From NCBI GenBank assembly GCA_951804945.1, contig OX638161.1:23126001-23190000 (forward strand): a stretch of DNA of 64,000 nucleotides, written 5' to 3'. Source of the stretch: Podarcis cretensis. Its lineage: Eukaryota. Position numbers and translations under genes: made by a program. Shown in pieces: positions 38,750-51,293 of this stretch (the first letter of the stretch is position 1; each line of letters opens with the position of its first letter). The notes beneath the pieces are model-generated. The model was not told where the DNA came from. It was given only the letters and a program-made list of their open reading frames with translations, and did no database searches.

Positions 38750-41700
38750 AGCATTATAAATCCTTGCTACACAGCGAACATTTATAACGTAATATTTTAA
38801 TTAAAATAATCTTTGTAATCTTCCACACATCCCCATGGGGAAAATAATCACTGAACCAAAGTTGAAGGGGTGTTCCCAGGGTAAAGATGTATGCTTTTTT
38901 GAAATCAAATAACTATAAAAATACGTATCACGTCATTAAAATGAATAATAAACAAAGGAATTGGAAACAATATAGGATGTGTCAAAGAATACTTCTAAAA
39001 TATTTTATCATAAACTCCAAGCTGTAGGGGATTTAGGGCAGAGTCCAGCATCCATTTCCCATATGCAAACAAACCCTGTTGATTTTTTTTTAAAAAACTA
39101 TCTCGGTTTTGCTCAGCGCCCATTCATTTCGGTCTTGCGCAGGATAAATTTCAGCCTTAATCCTCTAGTAATATAGGAAATATGAAGCATCCCGGAAGTT
39201 CTCCTATGCAACTTCCTGTTGGGGTGTTCTGTAAAGTTTTACAGATTAACTATCAGGGGTTAATGGGTTAATAACTATGACTTTGTCTTTTAGGGAATTA
39301 ATTGCTGTAGAGACTTTGCCTCCTAAAACTGGAAAGCAGTACCAATACTGTCTTAAAATAAATTGTCGGACAATATCTTAACCTTGGATCTTCCACAATA
39401 CTGATGGGTTCTGAGCTGGCTTATTTTCAAGGCATTTGGAATCTGGGGTTTGTTTCACTTTATTATATTAATTTTCTTTAGATAATTATATACTGTCCGT
39501 CAACGTCAGAGTATTCGAAGAGAGATTATTCCATATTCCCGAATTTGATTAATAACATTTAATACGTTTACTTTTCCTTCCGATAAAAAGCGCCTTTTAT
39601 TTAGTCGATTGCAAATCATCTCACATTTAGGAGGGATTGTCCACTTACTTCAGGATCCTCTTAAATTAAGAAGATAACTGAAGTTAAGAGTCTTAACGGT
39701 GTCTTCAGAGAGGCTTAGCAATGCAGTGGTAATTAACCGTTTTCTGCTCATTAATACATTGCTCGGTCAAATGGCTGAGAGGAATCGAATATTCGATTGG
39801 CTGACAGATTTAATTTCTAAAACTCTGTTGCAAGAGTGTTAGGGCATGCACCTCCTCTGAATTTATACGTGTGTGTTTGGGGATCATTCCTCATCCGAAT
39901 TACTGGTGCAGAATATATTCGGCAACAATAAAGAACGAACCAGGCCGGATTAAAGTCGACAGTAAAATAAATAAATCATTTTAATTTCAAATGAAGGGGT
40001 TGATCTCAGCGGTTAGGATAATGGTACAGTTGGAAGGAAAAATTATGAAACCATTCTAAGTACACACACGCAGACCGCAGAAGCACCTGAGCTCCTGTTC
40101 TTCCTTTCTTATAACTGTCCTGTTCAACATTTAGCGGATTAAATGGAATTTAGCGTCAGTCGATTCTATATGAAGAACAGTCCCGTCCCCCCGCCTTGTT
40201 GCACGATGTAGGTGGAAAGGAGCGATTCACTGCAGAACCTCCATGAATCAGAACCACGTAGTTGGCTACCAGCTAATTTATTTGTGCGCAGATCCTAAAC
40301 ACGTTGACTATCAAAAGCAAGCCCCACTGAAAAGAGTGAAATTCGTTTACAATAAAGCCTGTTGTAGGATCCGGGATATAAAGTCCTGTTAAAGATCAAG
40401 AAGACCCTATTGTTTTAAGTGTAAATATTTAGAACCAGGGGTGACAAGTTGCTGTCTTACCCTAGTTGCTTGGGCGTAAGTTTCGGACTGAGTCCAAACC
40501 CAAGTGGTTAGGATGGAGGTTTAAGCAGAGTTACTGAGTTGTAAATTGGGTTGTCCCTAATTTGGAGTAAGAGGTTTAAGGGGGTTGTGGTCCGCGTGTT
40601 TAAAGGCACACCTGATCCTAAGCAAGAGGGTATTTCTACATCCAAAATGCATTTCTTGAGAGGTGCGTCACATAGAAATGGTTGGTTTCCATATATCTCC
40701 ATTCGGATATCTAATCCCAAATTGGTTGAAATGCAAAAGCAAAAAATAATAATATTAGCATTTCAAGGTGTGTATTTGCGTGCGTACTCTCCCATAAAGC
40801 AACACAGGTTAATTGTAACGAACTCTTGAGGCTTTTTTTGCTTGGTATTTATGAAAGATCACTATAAACGGGCTACATTTTAAGCGTAACTTGGGCGATC
40901 CATCTCTAGGCTTCTCTAATTACTACAGTTATCTCTGAAGCGCAGTCATCAGCGCTCCAGGTTTGTGCAATAATAAGGGAGGGGGAATGTGAGTGGGTAA
41001 CAACTCCGTTTGTTTTCAGAAGGTTAAAATCATCTCGGTATGAATTTTCATGGCTCACACAAGCACACGCTTCCTTTGCTCCCAGTACAGATCCCCGTGT
41101 ATCCTACCGTTTAAGAGTCAATTTGCCACCATAGCCCAGCCCTCTATAGGAAGAGCCGTCAGGGATAAAGAACCCGAGCGAACAAGGGGATAAGCTGCTA
41201 TTGGACGAGCTTTAAAACCCGTTCGTGGCGAAAATGAGAGCGAGAGGTTATTTCTACAAGTCCGGGCCCACCCCCCACAAGACAATCCATGTAATGAGTT
41301 ATTAATAGAAATAATTTAATGCCAATTGACTTTTCGATAGACTTCTCATAGCATGCCTCTGTCAAGTGCAGCAGGTAACCTGCTCTACAGCACACCGTGC
41401 GTGCGTGTGTGTGTACCTGTAGAATAGATGGTGAACAATACATACATCGAACAATAGGCAGCTACGGGCCTGGAAAGCTCAAGCCTTCACAATCCATTAC
41501 ATTCTTGAAGCTAGACCTTTGATGAGTTAGGGTAACACCTCTGGTGGCTTCAAAGGTAGAGAGTTTCTTTCCAACAAATTTCCTTCCGGAATTACTTTAA
41601 CTGGGAGGGGGAATATATGACATAAGCGTAGGTGACTTTCAACCGCAGCTTTACTCGTGATGGGAAAAGGCACAGAGATTTCGGAACATGTACTTCTTTC

Positions 41701-42159
41701 CCTCCCTCCTCCTCCCCCCTTGGAATCCCCGTATCATTTCCCTGGATTGTGTTTTATTCAGTGGTCGTTGTTTCTTTTCCTTTTTTTCGGGTGGAGGGAA
41801 TAGATCCTATTAATGCGTGAGGAAAGTGTGTTTAAGTTTAAATTTGGAATGAAAAAAGTTTTGGTCCCGAAGCCAAAAAAAAGGGGGGGCACATCAGCTG
41901 AATAATAATTTATGCATGTGTTTATTTAATGCATATCTAGATGCACGCATAAACAGGCTCAAGTGACGTTCACATATTCGTAAATTCATCTGTCTATCTA
42001 TCTGCGCGCGCGCGCATATGTCCTCGCACATTTCTCTTTTGCATAAGCATCTACTGGCCAAAGAGCAACTTACAAAGAGACTGAAAAAAAGTCGCAGGCG
42101 CTACAGAGAGGAAAGCCTGCATTAAAATTCCTTGCCGTGGCATCTCCCCCACCCCTCCA

Positions 42160-42290
42160 AAGTAATGACCTGGGTAAAATTCAATATGACCGAGAGAACT
42201 ATGCAAGCGTATTATAGAAAATGCAAGAGGGAGAGCCCCGGAGTGGGGTGAAACTCAGGTCAGCGCGTCTAACAAATATTAAAATGTTGG
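42160..42290 (+). promoter_or_regulatory. Hox4-upstream conserved enhancer containing DR5 RARE (B4U-like)
   Basis: GGGTGA-aactc-AGGTCA at 42246-42262 followed by gcgcgtctaacaaatattaaaatg; upstream TGACCT...TGACCG half-sites; about 5 kb 5' of HOXB4, the position of the conserved PG4 5' RARE. Confidence 0.85.
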
Positions 42291-45221
42291 AGGCGCTGGG
42301 GACACGCCTAGCTGTTTAACAAAGACTGACAAAGTATGGAGATTAATACGAAAACTTGCGGGTATCCGAACTGAAAACGCTCAGTTAGGCCTATGGCTCC
42401 CTGCAAGCTGGTAGCCAACTATTCCTTAGGCTTTAAAAGGCAATCGCAGTGGGAGGGGGAGGAAAGGAAAAGGAAGAGATTTCCTATCGTGGAAAAAAAA
42501 TAATCTTTGACATGGAGGAAGGAGAGATACGACGGAAGGATCCAGTTTTCCGGTTGGTGTTTCGGGTTCTTTTTATTGTGGTTGTGGCTGGACCGCTTGG
42601 GAAAGGCTGCTGCGTTTTGTATCCTGTCTTGCATGGGATGATTATTTTTAACTGCGCGAACAAGGGGAGGGGGATTTTGTACCTTGGGGAAAGTGTGTGG
42701 GGAGGGGAGGTATAGGAGTTGAAGGAGAAGACCTCCAGGGTTTTTTTTGCTCTCAATACAGAGAAGGGTGCTGTGATTGCAAAAAAAAAAGAGGCTCGAT
42801 CCCTAACGCATTTCCTCGGAAGTAAGTCTATCCGTAGTAAACTGGAGCTGATCTGCTAGTTCGACGTGCAGAAAAGCAGCCTTGAACGCTGAGGCAGGCT
42901 CAGCAGTTACCTAGATGGGGGTCCTGAAAGTAATCTAGAGGGGAGAGGGAAGTTCTCCTGCGCAAGCTCACCCCCCCCCCATTGCGAGGAACGGGATTCA
43001 CGCGGTGATCATACCCAAGGTAGCCAGAAGATAACAGTTCTTAGTAGTAAAATAATATTGGCATATATTGGCAGGTGCTTTGAGTTTGATGTTGTGCGAG
43101 GATGGGGGGGGGGACACACACATTACTGGGACGCCCGAGTAGCGTCCGAAAGGTGTGCACTCTCTGTGGCAAACCATTGCCCAGTCGTCCTTTCCTATCT
43201 GTTTGAACTTAATTGCAGTATGCAAACAATGTATTGTGGGTCCCATCTGCTTGGAAACTCTGTCGTTTTAGGGCTTCATTAACTTGCCTCTTTGAAATGC
43301 AGAGAACGCCTGAGCTAAATCTGTCTTTGCAAACTTCCGAAAAGTTGAGACGTTTTTATTAGAGCAATCGAGAGTGACCAAAACAAAACACGGATGGTTG
43401 CGACGGTGGGGGGGGGGAGGTGTATCTTTTGATTTGGGGACAGCAGGCTGTTGTCCATGCCTCTGTGTGTGCGTGGTGCGCGGGGGGGGGGAGTTTTGGA
43501 GTGGGTGGAAAGGATCGAACATTTCTGCTAGACGCTAGGGGTGCTGGTGATACTAGGATGAAAACCCCCCTTTGTCTATTTGCGCAAAGCATTCTAAAAA
43601 AGTGGCGGTGGCGCTTTAAATAAAAAAAAATTATATATATAAATAAATAAAAGAGTAGGCCTAGCTATTCGTTTTCCCGAAAAAACCATGTCTTGAGACA
43701 AGACTGGATGGAATACAGATGAAACAGGAGAGGGCGGGGGAAATGAAAAATGGAAGCGATCAAGGTCAGGAGAAAGAGGAGAGCGGATGTCTCAAAGGTG
43801 TATAACTGGTATACCTTTGTGTCTGGTAGGCTTCGTGGAAGGAAAGTTCTTTCCCTTTCTCTCCGCGCACTGGAGTTGGCCTGCAACTCTGCAAAAGTGC
43901 CCTTGGTCCTAAATTTGGTAATGATTCCCACTGAAACAAATTATTCCGAGTATGGTGTGCTTTCAAGTCGGACTTGTCTCTGTTCTTAGTAGACAAATCT
44001 GAAGCTGCGATCCCGAATTTCCTGTGTTGTCGCCCGACAATATATTAGCCCCACTTAAACAACCGGGGCAGTTATGGGTTCCCCTCGCCCGACCCGGGTG
44101 GCGCACTTTACAAATAAGTTGCGACATATTAGTTGAATTAGACGGTGCACCTGGTGAAATGCATGGAAGGTGGGGGTGGTTGAATCCCGGGAACCTCGTT
44201 ACTGACTTGAAAGCAAGCCCTATTGAAATCAGCAGCTCTTACTTCCATGCAAATACGTTCAGGTTCGGGATGCCCGTGTTGGAAAACTGATGCCTTCGGT
44301 GCTGGAGGGTGTGCTCGCACGGTCCATTACCTGGAAGTTGGAGATTTGGATTCCAGTGGCATGGACTCTCGGGGGTATAGGCTTAATATGGCATTATGAA
44401 TTAAAACACAAACGCCTTGTCTGTTATCTAACCAGCATCTGTTGTTGTAGGAAGCGGGTGTAGAGACATGAATTAACGCAGCCTTCGTGCCACGGGTTTG
44501 GTTGTTTGGGGGAGGAAGGAGGACAACAACAAGAATGTCCGAGTGGCTGCTTTGACTTTTTCCAAACTATTTTTTGACTCATGTGGGAGGCTGGTCTCGA
44601 AGCACGTGTGTTTCTTCCTCCTTCGCTCCCCGGCTAAACGGTTTAAAACAGTAATACCAAGAACCTCTTGCCTATGGTAGTATATTCGATACGTAGGAGA
44701 AACGAACTGTCCTCACTAATAGGACCATAATCTATTGCTCTGCTCTGATACAGTTTCATCCAGCGTGAAGACACCTCATAGGTAGTCCAGTGCCAACTGC
44801 TGAGTAAATAATGAACAAACTGTTCTACCTGACGAAGAATTATGTGTAACCCGAAGGATTCCCTATTCCTACACTAAGATAATATTGGGACCGCTTCCTT
44901 TCTTTTAATTTTTTAAAAACCGCAACACGAATTCCAACGCGTCTCATTTTTCCAGACCAGCAGCATTAACAGCTATCTACATAAAACCGCGCTGCTCCCG
45001 ACTTCCTGCCGCAAAAGGTTTCATTACTTACACAAACTGCATATTTTATTGCTTTATATCCCCCTTTTTTCGGAAATGAAATTCCTTTGATCCTCCCCCA
45101 TTCCTCTACCCTAGGGTGAAAAGGGATGGAATTGCCCTATGTGTGTTGGGGGAGAGCCACACCCTGTTTTCCTGTTTATATTTGTATTTGTTTTAAGATC
45201 TCCCTCCCTCCAGTAAAATAA

Positions 45222-45291
45222 TGTACGTGCCTACTCAGAGTTAAGCCCCATTGCGTTCAGTGGGACTTACCCCTGGGTAAATGTGTGTTAG
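45222..45291. mobile_element. MITE-like element, family A (core)
   Basis: ctactcagagttaagccccattgcgttcagtgggacttacccctgggtaaatgtg; related copies at about 40284-40376, 42793-42881 and 44179-44270. Confidence 0.6.
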
Positions 45292-45727
45292 ACAACCAAA
45301 TTATCGGAATAAGCCTAATGTTATTCCTTATTACAACGAAATCGCGCAAACAGGGTCGTTTTAGTTCTAATTAAACGATAAATCTCACTGAAGTGGATTG
45401 GGAGTGACTTTGTTTCTGCTTAGATCCTCCAACAGACTTTCCTTCTTTCCTTCCTTCCCTCCCAACTTTTCTGGGCTACCTTTCTGCAACAGTATTCCTT
45501 CTGCGGAGGAAGAAGCAACAGTAGATTACGCGACAGAGTTGGGCTAACAACCACGCGATTTTGCGACGTGTGTTGCAAGCAAATATTTCCAGACATACCT
45601 TCCTCAAGAAAATCGGATTATTTGGGGTTTTTTTAAATTTAATTTTATTTTATTTCGCCCACTTTTCCTCTTCGCTGTAAGCCAAAGCGGAAGACTTCTA
45701 GCCAAACTCAAAGGAGAATATCTCTCT

Positions 45728-45814
45728 CTGTCTTCTGTATGTACCCTGTAGATCCGAATTTGTGTAAAAGAAGCTGCGTCACAAATTCGCATCTAGGGGA
45801 ATATGTAGTTGACA
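45728..45814 (+). ncRNA. MIR10A: microRNA miR-10a precursor
   Basis: Mature 5p TACCCTGTAGATCCGAATTTGTG at 45742-45764; 3p CAAATTCGCATCTAGGGGAATA at 45782-45803; arms pair; canonical position upstream of HOXB4. Confidence 0.98.
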
Positions 45815-47059
45815 CAAACGCTACGGAACGCATCCCTCAAGACGAAGAAGGAGGAAAAGAAAGGGAGGAAAAAAGGACGAAGCAAATCGTTAAAAGACTT
45901 TCCCTTCAAGGACTATTCCGTGTTGGTGGTGTGATGTTTTAATGACAGTGGGTCCCCCGCCCCGCCCCCATCTTTTAAGCATCCAGACAGGTTGATTCAA
46001 ATTATCGGGTATCTTCTGCGGAACAGGAAATTCGCAGGGAGAGAACAGAACAGTTCTTCCCTTCTGTGCTCAATATGCTTGCAGAAATTGTTCTAGAACC
46101 ATGCCTTTCTGTAAATAGGGCTGAGAGAAAACAGGTCTCTAAAGATTACCTGTTTGGTGCCATCTGTGCGCAGGCGCCACTCAGCACTCAGAAGAGACAG
46201 GTCCCTGCCCCGAGGGCTTCCAAAAGGGGTGGATACATTGCGTCTTAATGAAAACGGACATTTAGGAGATAGATAGGAAAATGCAGGGTATGTTCCCTTA
46301 CTGCAATACTACTTTAAAAAGCTATTTCTGCAGCTGGATTTTTTAAAATCCATCGTATTGTAGACTAGCCCTAACTCTTCCTGCTCCTCTGTCTCCATGC
46401 TTTTTAAAATATATTTTCTCCCCCTGGCCGGGGTGGGGGGAGAACCAGTCTAAACCAGAACCTGTCTTTTAAAGGGATGGGTAACCCGAATTAGTTAATG
46501 GCGTTTCTATCGATCTCAAACGAGCTCTATCTATCTTTGCCACCGGCCGGGCTCTATCACCAAAATTTAGGCAGGAGCTAGAAGATTAATGCATCATAAA
46601 CCGAGGAGAATATTTCCTTTCCTCCCAGTCTCCTATTTGTTCAGACTACATGTGTTGTTATTTTGCTTTTTTTACTTCGAGGCAAACTCTGCCATGGGGA
46701 ACCGTGTGTGTACACTCTCACATGCACGCTCGCCAGTATCGACAGTGATTTTAATTCAGTCAATGCACCGGGTGGGGGCACTTGGATTTTGTGGTGCCTT
46801 CTTGGCTGTGGGATGATAGATTTCTTCGGGATATGAAAATATGGTAATCCTGATATTTAAAAAGTAAATAATGATAACTGTTCCGCAATGCGGAGTCCCA
46901 CCTAGGTTCCTGAGTGCATTTATATGTAAAGTTAAGTCCAATTTACTTTAAAACAACCTGCTTCCAAGTTGACTATGTGCTGGCAACGGAAAGGCTAAAA
47001 GCGTCCTCCCCCCTCCTTCCCCCCTTCTTGATTATTTCCTTATCCGGGAATCCCAGGCA

Positions 47060-47308
47060 AACCTCTCCATTGGTTCCTGGGGTCACATGGACATCTAACT
47101 TTGTTCAGTTGACGGCAAAAGTAGGAGGGCTCTTCGAAACAGGAAAACGAGTGAGAAGGGGAGGGGAAGGAAGGGAGAAGGGGGAAGGGGAGGGGGCCCC
47201 GAAAGAAATAGGAATAAATTTTAGTATATTTTTTGGGGTGTGCGTGTGTGTGAGTGAGCGGGAGTGTGCGTGCCGGCGCGCGCGCGCCCTTTTGCAATTC
47301 CAAAATTA
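47060..47308 (+). promoter_or_regulatory. HOXB4 proximal promoter / 5' UTR
   Basis: CCATTGG 47067-47073 (NF-Y/YY1-type) and GTCACATG 47082-47089 (USF-type); NF-Y/USF control of the HOXB4 promoter is established in mammals. Confidence 0.75.
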
Positions 47309-47729
47309 ATGGCCATGAGTTCGTTCTTGATCAACTCCAACTATGTGGACCCCAAATTCCCACCATGCGAAGAATATTCCCAGCACGATTACCTTCCCAG
47401 TCATTCTCCGGAATATTTCGGCGGCCAGAGGCGAGAGGAGAACTCTTTTCAACCCGAGGCGTTGTACCCAGCGCGGTCCGCCTGTAACCAACCATCCTAT
47501 CCTCCATGTCAGGGCTCTGGGCACCCGGCATCGGTCCTGTCTCCCAGGAGCCAGCGTGTCCATGCTCCAGCTGGACTTCAAAACCATCTCTCCGAATCAA
47601 ACCACACTTGCGAATCCATCACGCCAAGCCCACCGCCTTCCTGTAGCCAAAACTCTCTCAACCAAAGCCCGTCCTCTTGCAAAGAACCGGTAGTTTATCC
47701 TTGGATGAAGAAGGTTCATGTTAGCACGG
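47309..47729 (+). CDS. HOXB4: Homeobox protein Hox-B4, coding exon 1
   Basis: MAMSSFLINSNYVDPKFPPCEEYSQ...CKEPVVYPWMKKVHVST; donor ACGG|GTAAGT after 47729 (phase 1). Confidence 0.97.
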
Positions 47730-47859
47730 GTAAGTGAACCTTAAAGTGCCGTTCGCTTTATACTAACCTGCACCTCAAAGTCTTGTTGGGAAGAAGAAGA
47801 GAGAGAGAGAGAGAGAAAAGCTTATTGCCCCCGTTGTAAAAGAACCATTCCCCTTGGAG

Positions 47860-47920
47860 ATTTATGGTCTCCCTGTTTGCAGAGCGCTATAATTACATCC
47901 TCCATAAATTTTTATTGCTC
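47860..47920 (+). promoter_or_regulatory. HB1-like homeodomain-binding element in HOXB4 intron
   Basis: agatttatgg...TAATTACATCCTCCATAAATTTTTATTG, the clustered TAAT/CATAAA/TTTAT motif conserved in PG4 introns. Confidence 0.75.
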
Positions 47921-48512
47921 TTCTTGGCCAACTGCCTTTGAAGTCCCTGTTAACATCCTCCTCCAGTTTCTTTCTTTCCTTCTTTTCCTTCCTTCCTCCC
48001 CCCCACCCCGTCCTTTATTCTTTTCTTTTCTTCCTTTCCTTCCACTGGAGAACGTTCCCCAGGAAAAGTTTGAAGGAGGTACGGGGTCTTTTATTTTTAT
48101 TGTTGGCTTAAATTGTATTGAAGTAGAGAGTTTCAGCAAACTTCTACTTTGCCTTTCTCCAAGGCTGGGGGTTGGGGGGGGGTGTTTGTTTTAAGATGGT
48201 CCCTTCAGAGCAACGTTTCAGAGAAGGATGTCTCGTGGGTTTCAATGGGAATGACTTCCCAGAGGGGGGAAAAGAAGGTTACTTGTCTTACGATCGAGGG
48301 GTTTGTTTGTCTTACATGTGGGGCAAACTTTATAGAACTTTGAGATGCACAGGCAACTCCTTCGTACACGTGCAGGAGCCTTAGGCAGCTCGCTAGCTCG
48401 ATCCTCAAGACGCTTAAGTCGGTGTATTTGAATTTATGCCTATTTAGCGACAGCGATTCAACCCAAGCATTAAGGCTGAACTGAACTGCAGAGCAAGTTG
48501 TAGGTCTATTTA

Positions 48513-48583
48513 GCACTCAACTATTAGGGTTCTGATACGCATATATGCACTCAACTATTAGGGTTCTGATACGCATATATGCA
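48513..48583 (+). repeat. Perfect 34-bp tandem duplication in HOXB4 intron
   Basis: gcactcaactattagggttctgatacgcatatat at 48513-48546 and 48547-48580, plus gca. Confidence 0.95.
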
Positions 48584-49112
48584 TTCGGCCTTCCTTCCCT
48601 CTCTTCACATTTAGTTACCCAAAGGCTAGTAACACTCAGAGGCTGTAAAACGGAGTGCAGGGCTGTTACGTGATGTTAGGGTTCATAGCTGAATGCAACC
48701 CCCTCCTCGTCTCGCTATCACTCTCGTCCTTTTTCACCTAACACTGTGATCTATCCTCTGGAGTAACCACAATGATTCCAATGGGATTACTCTACACTGC
48801 CGTTTAAGCGCAGCTGTTTGAAAGCTTGGAGGACTTAGGCGACCTCTGGACCAGGAGAACAGCCTGGCTTTTAATAGATTAGTGGTTGTTTTGGTTTTTT
48901 AAAAGAGCTGTGTAAGGCTTAACATAGATGCAGCGAAGCAGGAAGGTAGACGCGAAGATTTAGGCAGTGAATGGGGTGCATTGGGAGACACTGGGTGAGA
49001 GGAAAGGTCAGACAGGGAGACACTCGTTCAAGCGATCAGAATCAACCTTGTGTAACCCTCAAAGTTCTAAAAGAAAACTCTGGATACACCCACAGGAATG
49101 GCTGGCATTCGG

Positions 49113-49225
49113 GCAGTCCAATCCTATGCCTCTTTACCCAGAGGTAAGCCCCGCTGAGCTCCCCTCCTGTGTGGATAGATATTAGAGACTTACAGTCCCA
49201 CTGAGTTTGATGGGACTCATTCCTA
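49113..49225. mobile_element. Rearranged MITE-like element(s), family A, in HOXB4 intron
   Basis: cagtccaatcctatgcctctttacccagaggtaagccccgctgagctc and gtcccactgagtttgatgggactca. Confidence 0.55.
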
Positions 49226-49556
49226 TGATCGTTTAGATGGGAGCAAACACGGTTAAGCTCCGTGGGACTTCCTTCCCACGGGTCTCCTTTCCGAGTAGGA
49301 GGTAAAGATCCAGGCTCTCAGAGCGTCGCTGCGGGAGGGGTATGGTTTGGGGGACTTGTTTTGTAAAGGGTTGTGGCGTCTTCCAGGAGCCTTTTTTCCC
49401 CAAGAGAAGGTCGTGGTTTCTGTTTCGTTTTAAAGGGGCAGAAGAAGAGTAACGCTCCCCACCATCTCCTCTCCCCCCCAACCCTGCTCCCCTCCCTGTT
49501 CCTGCTCTCTTTCTCTCTCCCCTGCCCCACTCCTCCTTTTGTGTTTCTACATTCAG

Positions 49557-49897
49557 TCAACCCCAACTACGCGGGAGGGGAGCCGAAGCGTTCCAGAACA
49601 GCATATACCAGGCAGCAAGTCTTGGAGCTGGAGAAGGAATTCCACTACAACCGCTACCTCACCCGGAGGCGGAGGGTGGAAATCGCCCACTCGCTTTGCC
49701 TGTCCGAGCGCCAGATCAAGATATGGTTTCAAAACAGGAGGATGAAATGGAAAAAAGACCACAAGTTGCCCAATACTAAGATCCGTTCCAATTCTGCAGC
49801 CAGCCTCTCGGCTCAAGGCGCGGGAGGAGGTGCCCAGGACCGAACCAATGGACCAACCCCAAACCCCAGCGCCACCCCGACCACCACCACCCTATAA
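49557..49897 (+). CDS. HOXB4: Hox-B4, coding exon 2 (homeodomain)
   Basis: Acceptor ctacattcag ends at 49556; (V)[77 protein letters not shown]...TTTL*. Spliced CDS 762 nt = 253 aa. Confidence 0.97.
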
Positions 49898-50389
49898 CTG
49901 GCCTTTGAGCGTGGCGGCCCGCGAGTGTGTGTGCGTGCGTACGTGTGTGTGTGTGTGTGTGCAGATCTGTGTGCTTAAGAACTGATGTGTGAAAGGGAGG
50001 GAGGCCTGGTAGTTTTCCTGTTCCTGAGGGAGAAACATGGGGGCGTATGGGGGGAGGGGACTAGTGGGTGGGTGAACTGGGACCACTATTTATACGAGGG
50101 GAGAAGAAACAAAGAAGTATGAGAGGGTTGGGGGTTTTTTTGCGGGGGAGGGGGGGTTAGTTCTTTGGCCGGAAAGCAGGGTTTGGGGGTGTAGCTCCTC
50201 TGTTCTATAGGAGATGGGGTTTTCAGATTTGGCTAAGATGGATCCCTTTTTCATCCTTAATCAAGCCAAACTCGGGCCCATTTGTCATGTTTACTCTCGC
50301 GTACAAACGAAGGACCTTATGCCAACCATTAGCGCGACAGCTAGAGTCGTCTTTAATAAATGAGGCCCGGTTTCACCTAAGGAGAACTG

Positions 50390-50444
<55 letters not shown>

Positions 50445-50949
50445 TTCGAACACCCGCTTCTTCCACCCTACCCACCCCACTAGCCAGAAACCCCAGTTTA
50501 AACCCAGCCATTTACCCACAAGGCGACAGAAAAGTGTTGTTGGCATCTGCTTAACACAGCTCTAGATAGGAGAGGGATTGGAAGGGGGGGGGGAGAATTC
50601 TCACAGCCCTCTAAGGACTTTACTGGATGATAAATATTGTAATATTCCAAGTAAGGAAGGGCATCAAGCGGCGGCGGGGAGGGGATGAGAATCGGGGAAG
50701 GACACAAAATAAAAAAAGAGGAAGAAGCAATGTAATTTAAAGGCGGCAGGGAAGTACTTCAGGTTAATTATCTAACCTGGAAGACCTGGAAAGCGGAGAA
50801 GGGCAGTGCATTTCAGTCTATAAAGTTGATTATAGCATAAGGCCATCTGGGTTCCAGCAGCCATGAAAATGGAACGGGTGGGGTGGGGTGGGGGGCTGCT
50901 TTGTAAATAAGGATGCGCCTTCGCTGCCTTCGCTTCAGTTTTTGAAATG

Positions 50950-50957
50950 AATGTGAA
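50950..50957 (+). promoter_or_regulatory. miR-23 8mer site in HOXB4 3' UTR
   Basis: AATGTGAA, complementary to the miR-23 seed; miR-23a regulation of HOXB4 is reported in mammals. Confidence 0.5.
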
Positions 50958-51287
50958 GATAAAGATGAATTTTCAGGAAATTCCCTAGAGAAGTAAGGCG
51001 TGAGGAAAGGAATATGGGTATTCTCTGCTCTCGCTTTCTCTCTCTCTCTCCCCCCTTTCCATCTCTCTCTCTCTCTTGTCCCCCCTCATTCTCTTCTCTC
51101 ACCCTTCTCTCTCCTATACTGTATATGACATTCCGAAATTGTGTGATTCCAGAGAACTTGAGGGAGGGGGAGGAATATAACACTCCCCTCCTTTCGTTCT
51201 GTATAATTACCTCTTGTTGTTTTGTGTGATACCCATAGGAACATGTATATAGCAGCAGCCACGGTGGAAAAACAACAACAACCCCGA

Positions 51288-51293
51288 AATAAA
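51288..51293 (+). terminator. Probable HOXB4 polyadenylation signal
   Basis: AATAAA with upstream TGTA and downstream GT-rich element (ttgtggtg...gttgtccgtgtct). Confidence 0.65.

Noticed and set aside
39783-39798. Perfect 16-bp palindrome AATCGAATATTCGATT
   Set aside because: About one such palindrome is expected by chance in 64 kb (64000/4^8).
41544-41557. CTCF-like CCACCAGAGGTGTT (minus strand) and similar partial motifs near 46157 and 54449
   Set aside because: Mismatches in the core; too weak to call without a PWM scan or ChIP data.
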